From: Octopus vulgaris
Taxonomy: Eukaryota
NCBI GenBank assembly: GCA_951406725.2
Contig: OX597814.1
Location: forward strand, 71,424,001-71,488,000
Direction of reading: 5' to 3'
DNA: 64,000 bases
Numbering within the stretch: the first letter of the stretch is position 1; each line of letters opens with the position of its first letter. The notes under the pieces were generated by a model that did no database searches, was not told the DNA's origin, and saw only the letters and a list, made by a program, of their open reading frames with translations. Made by a program: the position numbers and the translations under genes. Positions 28,554 through 41,152 of this stretch are shown in pieces.

Positions 28554-29264
28554 CCGGTTCCGACAGGGAAAGTCGTGTATCGCCTTTGCTCTGTTTAAAA
28601 AAGGCAGAAAATGTGCATAAATCGGTGAAATAATCTACTGAAAGTCACAAATTCAACTCATAAAGTTCACTACAACACTTCGGTTACAAATATATTAATC
28701 AAAAACGTAATATATTTTGCATGAAGCCAAATACAGTAATAATTTTTCTTTTCGCCGAAAACGCACATGGTGGAAAAATCCACTGAAGTAACTTATCTCC
28801 TGGAAGAAGGAAAAAGAAACATCTCCTGGAAAATAATCCCGTAAACCACAAAAAATCCAGACCACATCGTTGGATTAAGTATCACTTTTGATCTTCTATT
28901 TCATATTTTGTTTATTATCCTATTTTATCCCCCTTAACTTAAGCCCACATCTCCGTTAAAGTTATGATCGCCATTTTTGTTTGTTTACATTTCAATATCT
29001 GTTCTCGAAGGCAGAAATTGGCTTCAGAATTAAATAACCCTTTCTTCACACTTTAATATATATATATTTTAATATATTTTCACTCATTTTTCTTTTTTTC
29101 CACCTTCCTTCTCTCCCCGTCTGTGTTTATGTGTGTGCACGTGTATGTATGTGGGTGTGCGTGTATGTATATATGTATGCGTATATATGCATGGACGTGA
29201 ACTTTCACGAACTTTAGATAGATATATATTCTTTCCCCTCTTTCTTACCCTCTCATCTCTCCTC

Positions 29265-29992
29265 TTTCAGATACTCTATCTTCTAATTAGCCTTAAGATT
29301 AAATAACGTTTAATATTGTTTAACATTGTTAATAATTTTTCAGATACTCTATCTTCTAATTAGTCTTAAGAATAAACAACGTTTTTACCCACACTTTAAC
29401 ATCTTCTAATTTTTTACCCACACTCTAATATCTTCTAATTAGCCTTTTTACCCACATTTTAAATATTTGTTAATATATTTTCAGATACTCTATCCTCTAA
29501 TTAGCCTTAAGATTAAATAACGTTTTTACCCACACTTTAATATATTTTTGAATACTCTATCTTCTAATTAGCCTTAAGATTAAATAACGATTTTTACCCA
29601 CACTTTAATATAATAGTAATATTGTTAACATATTTTCAGATACTCTATCTCCTAATTAGCCTTAAGATTAAATAACGTTTTTACCCACAAACTTTAATAT
29701 TGTTAATATTAATAATACTCTATCCTCTAATTAGCCTTAAGATTAAATAACGTTTTTACCCACACTTTAATATATTTTTGAATACTCTATCTTCTAATTA
29801 GCCTTAAGATTAAAAAAAAAAAACATTTTTACCCACACTCTAATATAATATTAATATTGCTAATATATTTTCAGATACTCTATCTCCTAATTAGCCTTAA
29901 GATTAAATAACGTTTTTACCCACAAACTTTAATATTGTTAATATTTTTTTTTTCCAAATACTCTATACTCTATCTTCTAATTAGCCTTAATA
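29265..29992 (+). repeat. Tandem ~55-70 bp units (ATACTCTATCTTCTAATTAGCCTTAAGATTAAATAACGTTTTTACCCACACTTTAAT) in the LINE 5' region
   Basis: About 10-11 imperfect copies visible. Confidence 0.88.
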
Positions 29993-30051
29993 TCTTCTTG
30001 TCTTCTCTCGAACATAGTTAGATAGATAAACAAATAGACAGATCATCCAGC

Positions 30052-30954
30052 ATGTCCAGAGCATGGAGACCTGACGAACTAGACTTATTCGTACGAGCCT
30101 GGAAGTGCGCCGACGGAGATAGCCCTAGCGAGGTGATTGCGGCTGCGCTGAAGAGCAAAGGCTACAAGAGGACAGCGGCTCAGATGGAGCGAAAGAGACA
30201 GGAATTCGTGCGCTCATATGCGCTTATACCGTCGCACATTGGCACACTTGATGCCATCTTTGAGAACGAGCGGGGCAAAGATGGCAAGAATGGAGATGAT
30301 GAAAGAAGTCACCCCCACCTGGTGGACGCCCGGGAGGAGGTTTTGAATGAGAAACCTGACCGGGAAGTGAACCCAGGTGCAAGTTCTCCAACCGGCAGCA
30401 AGGGCCATGGAGACGGAGAACCCGGTGAAGAGGTAGAGGGAGGAGGAAGAACTAAAAGAAGGGCTGGAAGAGCTAAAAGAAAAGCTCAAGCAGGACCAAA
30501 GGGTGAAAAAACCAGGAATAGAAGTGGAACCGCAAAAGATGGAAACAAACAGCGCACACGGGTGTGTAGGTTCTACCTGAGAGGTTCCTGCTGGCATGGA
30601 AAGGAAGGTGCAGGCTGCCGCTTTGCACATTGGGGACCCTGCCACAGACACACGAGGCAGATGGACAAACCAACACAAGGAAAAGGGATGGACCACGCAC
30701 CACTTGCCCCAAAGCGGAGGTACGCAGATGTTGTGCGTGCCACAAACCACCAACATGATGTTGTCGAAAGGGCAGCTGCTGAGCAACAATCTTTTTTGTG
30801 CATGGCACAAAAGATTGTACAGCAGCTGACCTGGCTTCATCAAACCCAAGCCTGCAGGTGGGACTACCCACTATATACCAGACCACCACAGCAAACAGAC
30901 CCAGGATGGACACCACCGGCAACAACATACACCTCACCTCGATGCTCCTACTGA
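30052..30954 (+). CDS. LINE-A ORF1 (300 aa): Myb/SANT(trihelix)-like N-terminus, basic linker, CCCH zinc finger
   Basis: WRPDELDLFVRAW..IAAALKSKGYKRTAAQMERKRQEFVRSY; CRFYLRGSCWHGKEGAGCRFAH; homologous to 44309-45262. Confidence 0.88.
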   Translation: MSRAWRPDELDLFVRAWKCADGDSPSEVIAAALKSKGYKRTAAQMERKRQEFVRSYALIPSHIGTLDAIFENERGKDGKNGDDERSHPHLVDAREEVLNEKPDREVNPGASSPTGSKGHGDGEPGEEVEGGGRTKRRAGRAKRKAQAGPKGEKTRNRSGTAKDGNKQRTRVCRFYLRGSCWHGKEGAGCRFAHWGPCHRHTRQMDKPTQGKGMDHAPLAPKRRYADVVRATNHQHDVVERAAAEQQSFLCMAQKIVQQLTWLHQTQACRWDYPLYTRPPQQTDPGWTPPATTYTSPRCSY

Positions 30955-33887
30955 ACATCAGAGGACTGCAAACACTCAGTAACAGGACAAAAATCCCGTT
31001 CCTGAGAGACTTTGTTGCATGCAATCAAGCCTTATGCATAGCACTTACGGAAACGCATCTGAAACCGGATATAGCAGATGCGGAGTTACACATACCACAG
31101 TATGCTGTACTACGGACCGACAGGAAAGAAAGGAGTCATGGAGGTGTTGCTATGTACATCCGTGAGGACCTCACACCCCAGGTCCTCTTGTCATACTCAA
31201 ACTCGGTGTGTGACACACTAATTGTACATATTAGGCAAATTGATGTAGTTGTGTGTGCTACATATCGCCCTCCAGATGCCCCAAGCCATGTGGGCAAGTT
31301 TGAAGACTGCCTTATAAAAATAGAAGTTCTAACCACATTAGAACAACACATAAGTGTACTTCTTATGGGAGACTTCAATCTGCCCAATGTCAGATGTGAC
31401 AAGATGTGAATGACAAGATGTGAACAAGGACAGGCGAGGTCCCTCCTGAACCTCATCAACACCCTGTACATGGAGCAGGTAATACTCCAACCAACCAGGG
31501 CAGGTAACACACTGGATCTCTGCTTCACAAATGACATGGATCTCATCCATAATGTGAAAGTGACACCGACACTACTCTTGGATCACAACATGATAGAGCT
31601 GACCATGTACGGGCCAAAAGAGAGCACGGACATGCAGCCTACAAGAAACCCTCAGAATCTTTCCAGCTTGAACTACCATAAGGCAAACTGGAAACAAATT
31701 GAGAAAGAGATCCTCAAACAAAACTGGCCTAAATGTCTCTCCTCGCCAGACATCGACGTGAAACTTCAACAATTCATGTCTGTAATGCAAGCCATATGCT
31801 ACAAATGTGTCCCAGAGAGAAAGGCCACTGTACACAAGAACAAAATCCCCAGAGAGAGGAAAATTTTAATGAGACGGCGTACAAAATTTTCAAATCGCCT
31901 AAACAAACAGATTGAAAGCAGTGAAAAGTCCCGCCTGAAAATAAAACTGTTGGAAATCGAAAAATGTCTGAAACTCTCCCATGAAAAAGAAAGAGCAGAC
32001 AAAGAAGCCTGGGCTATAGACAACATAAAATCTAACCCCAGAGCTTTCTACAGGTATGCCAAAGAAACAGCTACGGTGCACTGTAGAATAGGGCCACTCC
32101 TCGAAAAGGATGGCACACTTACAGGAAAACCAATGAGGGTAAGTGAAATACTGAATGAGCAATTCAAGAGTGTTTTCACTCCACCCCTTGGGCATCTCCA
32201 AATCACCAATCCAACTGACATTTTTACCACTGCAGATATAAAATCAGAGGCGGCGACGATAGATTACATCGATATAAAGGAAGACGATGTAATCAAGGCT
32301 ATAGATGAAATGAAAACAGACTCAGCTACTGGCCCCGATGGATTCCCGGCAATCCTCCTAAAAGCATGTAAGAGAGTCCTAGCAAGAACACTGCAGTTCC
32401 TCTTTCAGAGCTTCCTTGCAGCTGGCAAACTCCCAAGAAAACTGAAGGAAGGTAAAATATGCCCCATTCATAAAGGAGGTAGCAGAGCGGAAGCCAAGAA
32501 CTATAGACCTATCTCTCTGACCTCACACATCAGCAAGGTCATGGAACGAATAGTCAGAAGGAAGCTGATCACCTTCCTTGAAGAGAATGACTTGCTGCCC
32601 GACACCCAACATGGTTTCCGACCAGGGAGAAGCTGTTTAACTCAGCTCCTACAACACTATGACTGGGTGCTGAAACGGCTGCTCAACCACTCAAATGTGG
32701 AAGTGATATATCTCGACTTTGCAAAGGCCTTTGATAAAGTCGATCATGGAATGATATGTCACAAACTGCGTGATCTCAACATAGTTGGAAAACTGGGAGA
32801 ATGGCTTCATGACTTTCTGAAAGATAGAAGTCAGGTGGTAGTGGCCAATGGGGCCACTTCCATTAACACGCAAATAGTGAGCGGTGTTCCACAGGGCACT
32901 GTTCTGGGACCACTACTGTTCATAATGGCCCTCTCAGACATGCCCTCAGCCACGCAGAGAGCCACGATCACAAGTTATGCAGATGATACAAAAGTTTCAC
33001 AGGCAATACAGAACCCTGAGGACACTAAACACCTGCAATGTGAGCTAGACAAAATATACAAGTGGGCCGAAAAGAATAGCATGCAGTTCAATGCTGAAAA
33101 GTTTCAAGCTCTATACTATCAGCATGCAAAACTAAATGCAATACCCAATGAATACACTGGACCCGGAGGAATAGCAATCCCAGAGGCACAATCAGTGCGT
33201 GACCTAGGTATTTACATGAGTGATGACGCGACCTTTCGTGTACATGTTGCTAAATTGGCAATGAAATGTAGACGACTGGCCGGATGGATCCTCAGAACCT
33301 TTAGAACAAGAGAACAAGAAACCATGATGGTCCTCTGGAGGACACTTGTCCTAAGCCACTTTGACTACTGCTCTCAGTTATGGTCACCATCCAGTGTCAA
33401 GTTGATCACAGAGCTCGAGGCGATCCAACGTAGCTACACGAAGAAGATAGCCTCTATGCAGAATGTAAGCTACTGGGAAAGACTCAAGAGATTAAAATTA
33501 TATTCCCTGGAGCGTAGGCGGGAAAGATATGCCATAATATACATCTGGAAGATCCTGGAGGGACGTGTCCTGAACTTTGGCATCGAGAGTTACGCAAATG
33601 CCAGAACTGGGCGCCACTGCGTGGTGCCTAGGACTCCAAACTTGCCATCAAGATGTAGGACAAGATTCTGTGATAGCCTGGGCTTCCGAGGCCCACAGCT
33701 CTTCAATATCCTCCCGAAGAACCTGAGAGACCTGCATGGGGTGGATGCAGATGTCTTTAAAATGAAGCTGGATCTCTTCCTGTCAGGTGTCCCAGATGAA
33801 CCAACTTCACGGCAGGAGGGGCAGATGAGGGCAGCTGCATCGAACTCTCTCATGCACCAAATGGCAGTTGCTAGAAAGCTTTCGTGA
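30783..33887 (+). pseudogene. LINE-A ORF2 (APE endonuclease plus RT) in the -1 frame; one in-frame stop at 31407-31409 from a local deletion/duplication
   Basis: LLNIRGL, ALTETHL, GGVA, YRPP, MGDFN, LDL, DH (APE); [37 protein letters not shown] (RT). Confidence 0.95.
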
Positions 33888-34433
33888 AGTGAAACCAAGT
33901 AGCAACACCAAATGGCGGTGCCCCAGCATGGCCACAGCTCATAAGCTGAAACTAGAATCAATCAATCAATCAATCAAACATATATATATATATATATATA
34001 CATATTATATTATATTGAGGGTACTACTATTCGTAGATACCAACACGCTAAGAGGGACCAATGCGGTCAAAACTACTAAAAATAAACAAAATTTTACCGA
34101 ATGCAAAACTTCAAAACACATCATTTTAAAAAAGAATTCAGTTACATATCACATGTGATTTCGCATTTAATGCAGAATATGCATTTCATGTTTGTCAGTG
34201 CAACAAACTCAAGAAATATAAGAAAAAACATAACATTACAAACTCGATAGCCAACCGTAGAATTCGTCGTAGCTTGTACGAATGTTTATCCTTACATATC
34301 TATGAAAATGGCGGGCTTTTTCGCAATGCATTTCGGTAACAAATTGCCTAGTTGGAATAAAAATTCAGTATTGAACTATTCCGGTGAAAAATATAAATTA
34401 ACAATTGTTAATTTATATATATATATATATATA

Positions 34434-34469
<36 letters not shown>

Positions 34470-34497
34470 ATATATATATATAATGTGTATATATATA

Positions 34498-34550
<53 letters not shown>

Positions 34551-34559
34551 ATATATATA

Positions 34560-34600
<41 letters not shown>

Positions 34601-34609
34601 ATATATATA

Positions 34610-34740
<131 letters not shown>

Positions 34741-34752
34741 ATATATATATAT

Positions 34753-34794
<42 letters not shown>

Positions 34795-34997
34795 GTATAT
34801 ATATATATATGTGTAAATATATATATATGTGTGTGTATATATATATATATATATATGTGTGTATATATATATATGTATATATATATATATGTGTGTATAT
34901 ATATATATGTATATATATATATATGTGTATATATATATATATGTGTGTGTATATATATATGTATATATATATATATATATGTGTATATATATATATA

Positions 34998-35072
<75 letters not shown>

Positions 35073-35093
35073 AGATATATATATATATATATA

Positions 35094-35352
35094 ACTGTTA
35101 TCGCCATATTAATATGGCATTCTTATAGATATAAGAATAATCGCTGCCATGGTCAGCTCCATGAGGCCACCGCCATCAAGATAGCTATTGATACACGATC
35201 TGTATCCATTATAACCTTCGAACAAGGGAGGTCAGCCGCTTCACACTGCCAGTCCGACAGCTACAGACGCGTTTCAGGGTATTGCCTCTTGTCAATGTAG
35301 CGCAGTCAGACCCGCAGGTTTCGCCACTAACGTCTCTGTTCGAAGGCTTATA
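35094..35352 (-). mobile_element. Short fold-back insert with a degenerate hammerhead (35260-35301), family H4
   Basis: gctaca-TTGACAA-gagg..cct-GAAAC-gc-GTC-tgtagc; 15 bp inverted arm 35337-35352 versus 35209-35223. Confidence 0.55.
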
Positions 35353-35915
35353 TTTACCAGATATTTTGAGCATCTCTGCAGTAATTCCTGATGGGCCTGG
35401 GGCTTTCCCTGTCTTCATGCATCTAATTGCCTTAATTACCAAGGAACTGTCAACTCGGATAGCTGGTCCCTCTGTTGGGTCGACATTCGGCAGACTCTCT
35501 TTATCCCATACATTTTCTTCATTCAGCAACCTTTCATAGTGGCGTCTCCACACCTCTCTCTTTGCATCCTCATTTAGCGCAAGTGAACCATCATCCATGA
35601 GAACACATTTCTCTCCTACCACATCACAATTCTCTCTCACACACTGTCTTGCAATGTGAAATACCTCAAGTTTTTGGTCCGCACGGCGCAGAACATTGGC
35701 AAATTTTTTCTTATCTGCTTCCCCTCTGGCTAAATAAACCTGTCTCCTAGCTTCTCTTTTGGCAGTCTGATACAATTCCCTGCTACCCCCATTTTTCCAG
35801 TCCTCCCAAACCTGTCTCTTTTCTCTAATAGCCCTGTCTACAACATTGTTCCACCACCACGTTATTCTAGGTCGAGAGGGGACTTTGCACCAGCCACAGA
35901 TTTGGTCAGTGGCTC
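35353..35915 (-). pseudogene. RTE LINE internal fragment (linker between APE and RT)
   Basis: TWWWNNVV..YQTAKREARRQV..WRRHYERLLNEE..MKTGKAPGPSGITAEML. Confidence 0.88.
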
Positions 35916-35929
35916 ATATATATATATGC

Positions 35930-35968
<39 letters not shown>

Positions 35969-35974
35969 TATATA

Positions 35975-37141
35975 AATCATCATCATCGTTTAACATCCGC
36001 TTTCCATGCTAGCATGGGTTGGACGGTTCAACTGGGGTCTGGCAAGCCCGAAGGCTGCACCAGGCCTGTCAGATCTGACAGTGTTTCTACAGCTGGATGC
36101 CCTTCCTAACGCCAACCACTCCGAGAGTGTAGTGGGTGATTTTATGTGCCACCGACACAGGTGCCAAATGAGGCTGGCAGACGGCCACACTCGGATGGTG
36201 TTATCTTATGTGTCACCGACACAGGTGCCAGACGAGGCTGGCGAACGGCCACGCTCGGATGGTGTTTGTTACGTGCCCTCAGCACGGAGGCCAGTCGATG
36301 TGGTACTGGCTACGGTCACGTTCGGATGGTTTTCTTATGTGCCACCGGCACTGGTACCACAAGGATACAAATTCCATTGATGTTCATCTATTTTGATTTG
36401 ATTTGATTTGATTTGATTTTCACTTGCCTCAACAGGTCTTCACAAGTGTCACAAGAAGGAAGGTATGCACCACGGGTTATGGCTTCACTAGCCTTACCGA
36501 GTCTTCTCACGCACAGCATACTTCCATAGGTCTCGGTCTCTAGTCATTTCCATGGTGAGACCTAAATTCCGAAGGTCGTGCTTCACCACCTCGTCCCAGG
36601 TTTTCCTGGGTCTACCTCTTCCACGGGTTCCCTCAACTGCTAGGGATTGGCACTTTCTCACACACCTATCTTCATCCATTCTCACCACATGACCATACCA
36701 GCGCAATCGTCTCTCTTGCACACCACAACTGATGCTTCTCAGGTACAACATTTCTCTCAAGGTACTAACGCTCTGTCGAGTAAGTACACTGACATTACAC
36801 ATCCATCGGAGCATACTGGCTTAATTCCTCACAAGCTTACACATGTCCTCAGCTGTCACGGCCCATGTTTCACTGCCATGTAGCATAGCTGTTCGTACAC
36901 ATGCATCATACAGTCTGCCTTTTACTCTGAGCGAGAGGCCTTTAGTCACCAGCAGAGGTAAGAGCTCCCTAAACTTTGCCCAGGCTATTCTTATTCTAGC
37001 AGTTTCACTTTCAGTGAACCCATCCCCACTACTGACTTGGTCACCTAGATAGCGGAAGCTATCAACTACTTCTAGTTTTTCCACCCGGAAAGTGACGGAA
37101 GTTGTTTTCTGCAGATTTTCGGAGGTCAATGCTCCCGAGCA
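35975..37141 (-). mobile_element. RTE LINE 3' part, 5' truncated, with (GAT)n tail
   Basis: ORFs 36821-37129 and 36494-36814 match the C-terminus of 23871-25277; one stop. Confidence 0.93.
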
Positions 37142-37181
37142 TATATATATATATATATATATGCATATATATATACATATA

Positions 37182-38647
37182 TCTCTTATTATAAAAGGCA
37201 GATTTTATCTGCCTCCCTTTGTATCTTATAGAAATCTACAATATAGGATTTCTTCAATTACAATTTACCTAGCATTTTTAAGAGTAGAATGCATCGGGTC
37301 GTGCCAGGTCCACTTTCTAAAATTTCAACCCCAATTAAGCAAAATTTAGAGAAAACTCACATTGTGGTGTATATGTCAAATGTTTTTCTTAGTGTGGCTT
37401 ACACCACACGCAAACGGAGCGAACTGTTTCACTGACGTTATCACCCTTCTCCTCCTTTGTCTTTGCAAGTTGGCAGCTATTAAAGTGAAAACAGTGAATT
37501 CGACAGCGATTAAGAAAATGAATTGGTACCTGAATGGAGTGAAAATTTAAAAACTGTTTCTTTCGGTGATTTTTCTGAAGAAACTGCACCAAGCCACAGA
37601 CTTTCCCAGAAGAGTAAAGCCTTAAACTATTTCTGTTTACTTTTTCGAATGAGCCCATTTGAAATCATTACAGTGGAAACGAAACGTTACGCTCAACGTA
37701 AACAAAACGAAAGAAAGGATAGTTTGTTATTTCCCACAACCTTAAATGAAATTAAGGCCTATTTTGCCATAAATATTATTATGGGTATCAGAAAGTTACC
37801 CAAACAAATTCTATCGTAAAATTTTGTTGTATACCCAATTGAATATTAGCTAATAACCCATTTTCTATAGCGATGTTTGAACAAAATTTTAATAATTTTA
37901 TATATTGTTGAATTTACCTGTATCTACCTGCAATTACAGTCACTTTGTGACAAAAATTATACTATAGAATTGGTTGAGGACATTTCATGAAATTGTCTTC
38001 CAAAAATCACATTAATATATTGATAAATAAAAATGTTATTGTTGTTTAATGAAACCAGACTAAATTTATGATTACGTTAGAAATTAATTGAAACACATAA
38101 GGGGTGTATTTTGGTCAGAAATATAGTAACGAAAGGGTTAAGAAAAACCAAAAAATATTTTATTCTTTATAAATGTTGTATTCAAAATAACATTTTCTTT
38201 TAAGAATGTGTATATAACAAAGTATGTGTATATAACTACGTGACTTATATCTTTATATATAAGAGTGAAGTTGTGTGTCTTTCTCCTACGATTTAGATTC
38301 CTAACTACTCCCACATTTTGCGGTGCAGTGTAACCAAAACCGGGTATCTTATAGTCGTGAGTCATATCGAGACCTTCTGGGTATTAGCGCGCGTCTACGA
38401 TGAGTCTACGATTTAAAAAAATTTACCATCATATTTTTCCATTTTAATGCATTTTTTTCGCTATTATATAAGGGAAGTAACTCTCTAAAAATATCTAGGA
38501 TGTGTCAACGATTTAAAAAGAAATTTACCTTAATTTTTTTTCCATTTTTAATGCATTTTTTTCCTATTTTTTGGCTATAACTCTCTAAAAATGCTTATAT
38601 AGTTATTTCCCTTACAAAATCCAAGCAACGCCGGGCGATACTACTAG
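37182..38647 (+). mobile_element. Non-autonomous Helitron, copy 1, with piggyBac cargo
   Basis: A|TC start, subterminal hairpin-like CCAAGCAACGCCGGG, CTAG|T end; both ends shared with 46003-47546. Confidence 0.85.
37480..38141 (+). pseudogene. piggyBac (PGBD4-like) transposase N-terminal fragment and right terminus
   Basis: FSEETAP..YFCLLF..IITVETKRYAQ..TTLNEIKAYFAINIIMGIRKLP; ends AAAGGG-TTAA. Confidence 0.8.
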
Positions 38648-38660
38648 TATATATATATGC

Positions 38661-38693
<33 letters not shown>

Positions 38694-38722
38694 CATATAT
38701 ATGCATATATATATATATATAC

Positions 38723-38754
<32 letters not shown>

Positions 38755-38829
38755 CATATATATATATATGCATATATATATATATATATATATATACATA
38801 CATATATATATATAAATATATATATATGC

Positions 38830-38874
<45 letters not shown>

Positions 38875-39160
38875 ATATAATATATATATATAATATATAT
38901 AATATATATATATACATATATATATACATATATATATATATACATATACATATATATATATATACATATAGCATATATATATATATATGCATATATATAT
39001 ATATATATGCATATATATATATATGCATATATATATATATATGCATATATATATACATATATATACATATATATATATATACATATATATACATATACAT
39101 AAATATATATATATATACATATATATACATATACATAAATATATATATATATACATATAA

Positions 39161-39205
<45 letters not shown>

Positions 39206-39570
39206 CATATATATATATACATATATATATATATACATATACATATATATATATATACATATATATACATACATATATACATATATACATACATATATAT
39301 ATATACATACATATATATATATATACATACATATATATATATATATATATAATTATGTGAAATAGAAAGATGAATAATCTTGTAGTAGATTAATCAAAAG
39401 TTTAACCGATACCTTAGTAGCAAAAATCACAGCAGTAAACAGCACGGTTGGAGGTACAACCATATGGTGTTGCAACCGTTCATTGGTGCGGATAATTGAA
39501 ATTAAAATATTATTGGTGAATTGAAGAAATGGAGCTGAACGCAGATTGAACAGAAATCGTTTTATTTCAT

Positions 39571-39650
39571 TTCTACACGTGTTTCGAAAGGCACAATTTA
39601 CCAAAATCCGATTGAATAATGGGACCATATTGTGTCTTTCTCTTCAGGAA
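39571..39650 (-). ncRNA. Type I hammerhead ribozyme with extended stem II
   Basis: ttc-CTGAAGA-gaaagacacaa..ttgtgcctttc-GAAAC-acgt-GTA-gaa; palindromic ACACGTGT. Confidence 0.85.
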
Positions 39651-40243
39651 GAAAATAGGAAATGCGTTGGAAAAAACAAAAACAGAACAGAGGCGGAGCA
39701 AAAACAAATCGAACTAGGCTCCTAAGAGCCCATGGCGAAACTGTTTATCAGTGTATGTTGAGAACCGGTGGCTGAAGAATTTAACGGGTCAGGCATCGGT
39801 CAATCATGTGGGTGAGGGTGTATAGATGTTCTTTGTGACCGAGAATAAAGTTCTGACTATTTAAGGAATATTGGATGTTTTATAAGGGGCGAGAAAAAAT
39901 CTACTTAGAGACGTGTGTGTGTGTATACTGTTCTATATATGTGTGTGTTGGCGTAGGGGTAGAAAACATTTTTTGTGTACGTGTGTGCGTTTGAACGTTC
40001 GGCTGTCAGTGGCTACTGCAGTGAGAACCGTTGGGTGGCAGAAAAAAAATATATATATTATGTTTTATGTGTGTGTGTGTTCATCTAAGCCTGCCTTGTC
40101 AAGGAAACCCCCCGTTGTGAAAAAACCAAGCCCCGTTTATCTTACAGGAGTAATTCCCCTTGCAGTGGTTAATCGTAGATATCTTAAAGGCTATTTCAGA
40201 ATTTGTTACCAAGGGCTATGGGTGCCGGTATTATTTATAAACG

Positions 40244-41152
40244 CTATTTAAAAGCCAGATAAGTGTAACGCCGCCAATGGGGGCATCGAAAAGCCGACTG
40301 TAAAAGCCCGTTTACCATCCGGCCTCTGGCAAACAAAATATGGAAGAGTTCGGAGACACAAAGGTTGCACTGCCTTCTGCCCCTATCAAATGGGAGGGCC
40401 ACCGACAAAATTGACCATTCCAGCCTGTAGCTTAAGTTCGTATCCTTCAGTCGCCATATTAGCTTACTGAGTCCCGTGGTCTGGCGCTTGTTCATGTCCC
40501 GAAAAGTTGCGTAATGGTTGGAGACCCGCAAAGACAATCTTGAGGATGAGGCCCCTACATAAGTGAAGACATCTGAGTCCGTGTAAACCTTGCATAGGTA
40601 GACGGCGTTTTTGATCTTGGAGTTCGCCGACGTGAATCTTATTCTGCTAGGATTAGTTTCTGAAATTAGAACTGCGTTCCTGTCACTATATTCGTTCCGA
40701 GACCTGCAGCCGCTTACTACTCTATTTTCCACTACGTCACTATTAACTATAGGAATAACCCCTGATTCTCCACTATCTATCAGAGTGCTGTCACTGCTAG
40801 TGCCCGTGGTGCTGCTATTGTGGGAAATGATGCAGGGGATGCTATTGGGGCTCACTACCCTACTCCCATTGTTACCGTCAACCACAACACCCCTATTTAT
40901 AACTATACCCCTAGTGGGTACTCCCTGGCTGGAGCTGAGATTATGTGTCACTGTACTGGCTCTCATATCATTATTACTACTATAATTATTCCTACTGAGC
41001 ATTAAACCGGGAGCGGAAGAGGCTGTACCTCCGGAAAAAGGTGATAGGGTCTTAGTAAGTAGCCTATTATTATGGGAGGCGATTATCTGGGCGAGGTTTT
41101 TAGTGTTGGAGAAAGCTATCCTAACTTTATGCGAGTTAACCGTGGAGTAATA
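40244..41152 (-). CDS. PLE linker plus GIY-YIG endonuclease (partial, open)
   Basis: AVYLCKV..TYVGAS..RVSNH..GLSKLIWRLK..EWSIL..CNLCVSE..CPH. Confidence 0.85.
   Translation of the reverse strand, partial: YYSTVNSHKVRIAFSNTKNLAQIIASHNNRLLTKTLSPFSGGTASSAPGLMLSRNNYSSNNDMRASTVTHNLSSSQGVPTRGIVINRGVVVDGNNGSRVVSPNSIPCIISHNSSTTGTSSDSTLIDSGESGVIPIVNSDVVENRVVSGCRSRNEYSDRNAVLISETNPSRIRFTSANSKIKNAVYLCKVYTDSDVFTYVGASSSRLSLRVSNHYATFRDMNKRQTTGLSKLIWRLKDTNLSYRLEWSILSVALPFDRGRRQCNLCVSELFHILFARGRMVNGLLQSAFRCPHWRRYTYLAFK

Larger units (their letters stand above)
29230..33978 (+). mobile_element. Near full-length CR1-group LINE family A (5' UTR repeats, ORF1, APE-RT ORF2, (TCAA)n tail); 5' boundary uncertain
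   Basis: Two-ORF structure and hairpin tail followed by TA repeats. Confidence 0.93.

Noticed and set aside
29265-29992. CRISPR-like array
   Set aside because: Imperfect tandem units without unique spacers; eukaryotic context; no cas genes
30214-31024. Antisense ORFs over LINE ORF1/ORF2
   Set aside because: No motifs, and no recognisable similarity to the antisense ORFs of family B
31407-31412. TGA-ATG in ORF2 as programmed readthrough, selenocysteine or stop-restart
   Set aside because: The sister copy near 51040-51080 reads WPEGLSLPGVTRCE without a stop; it is a copy-specific deletion/duplication
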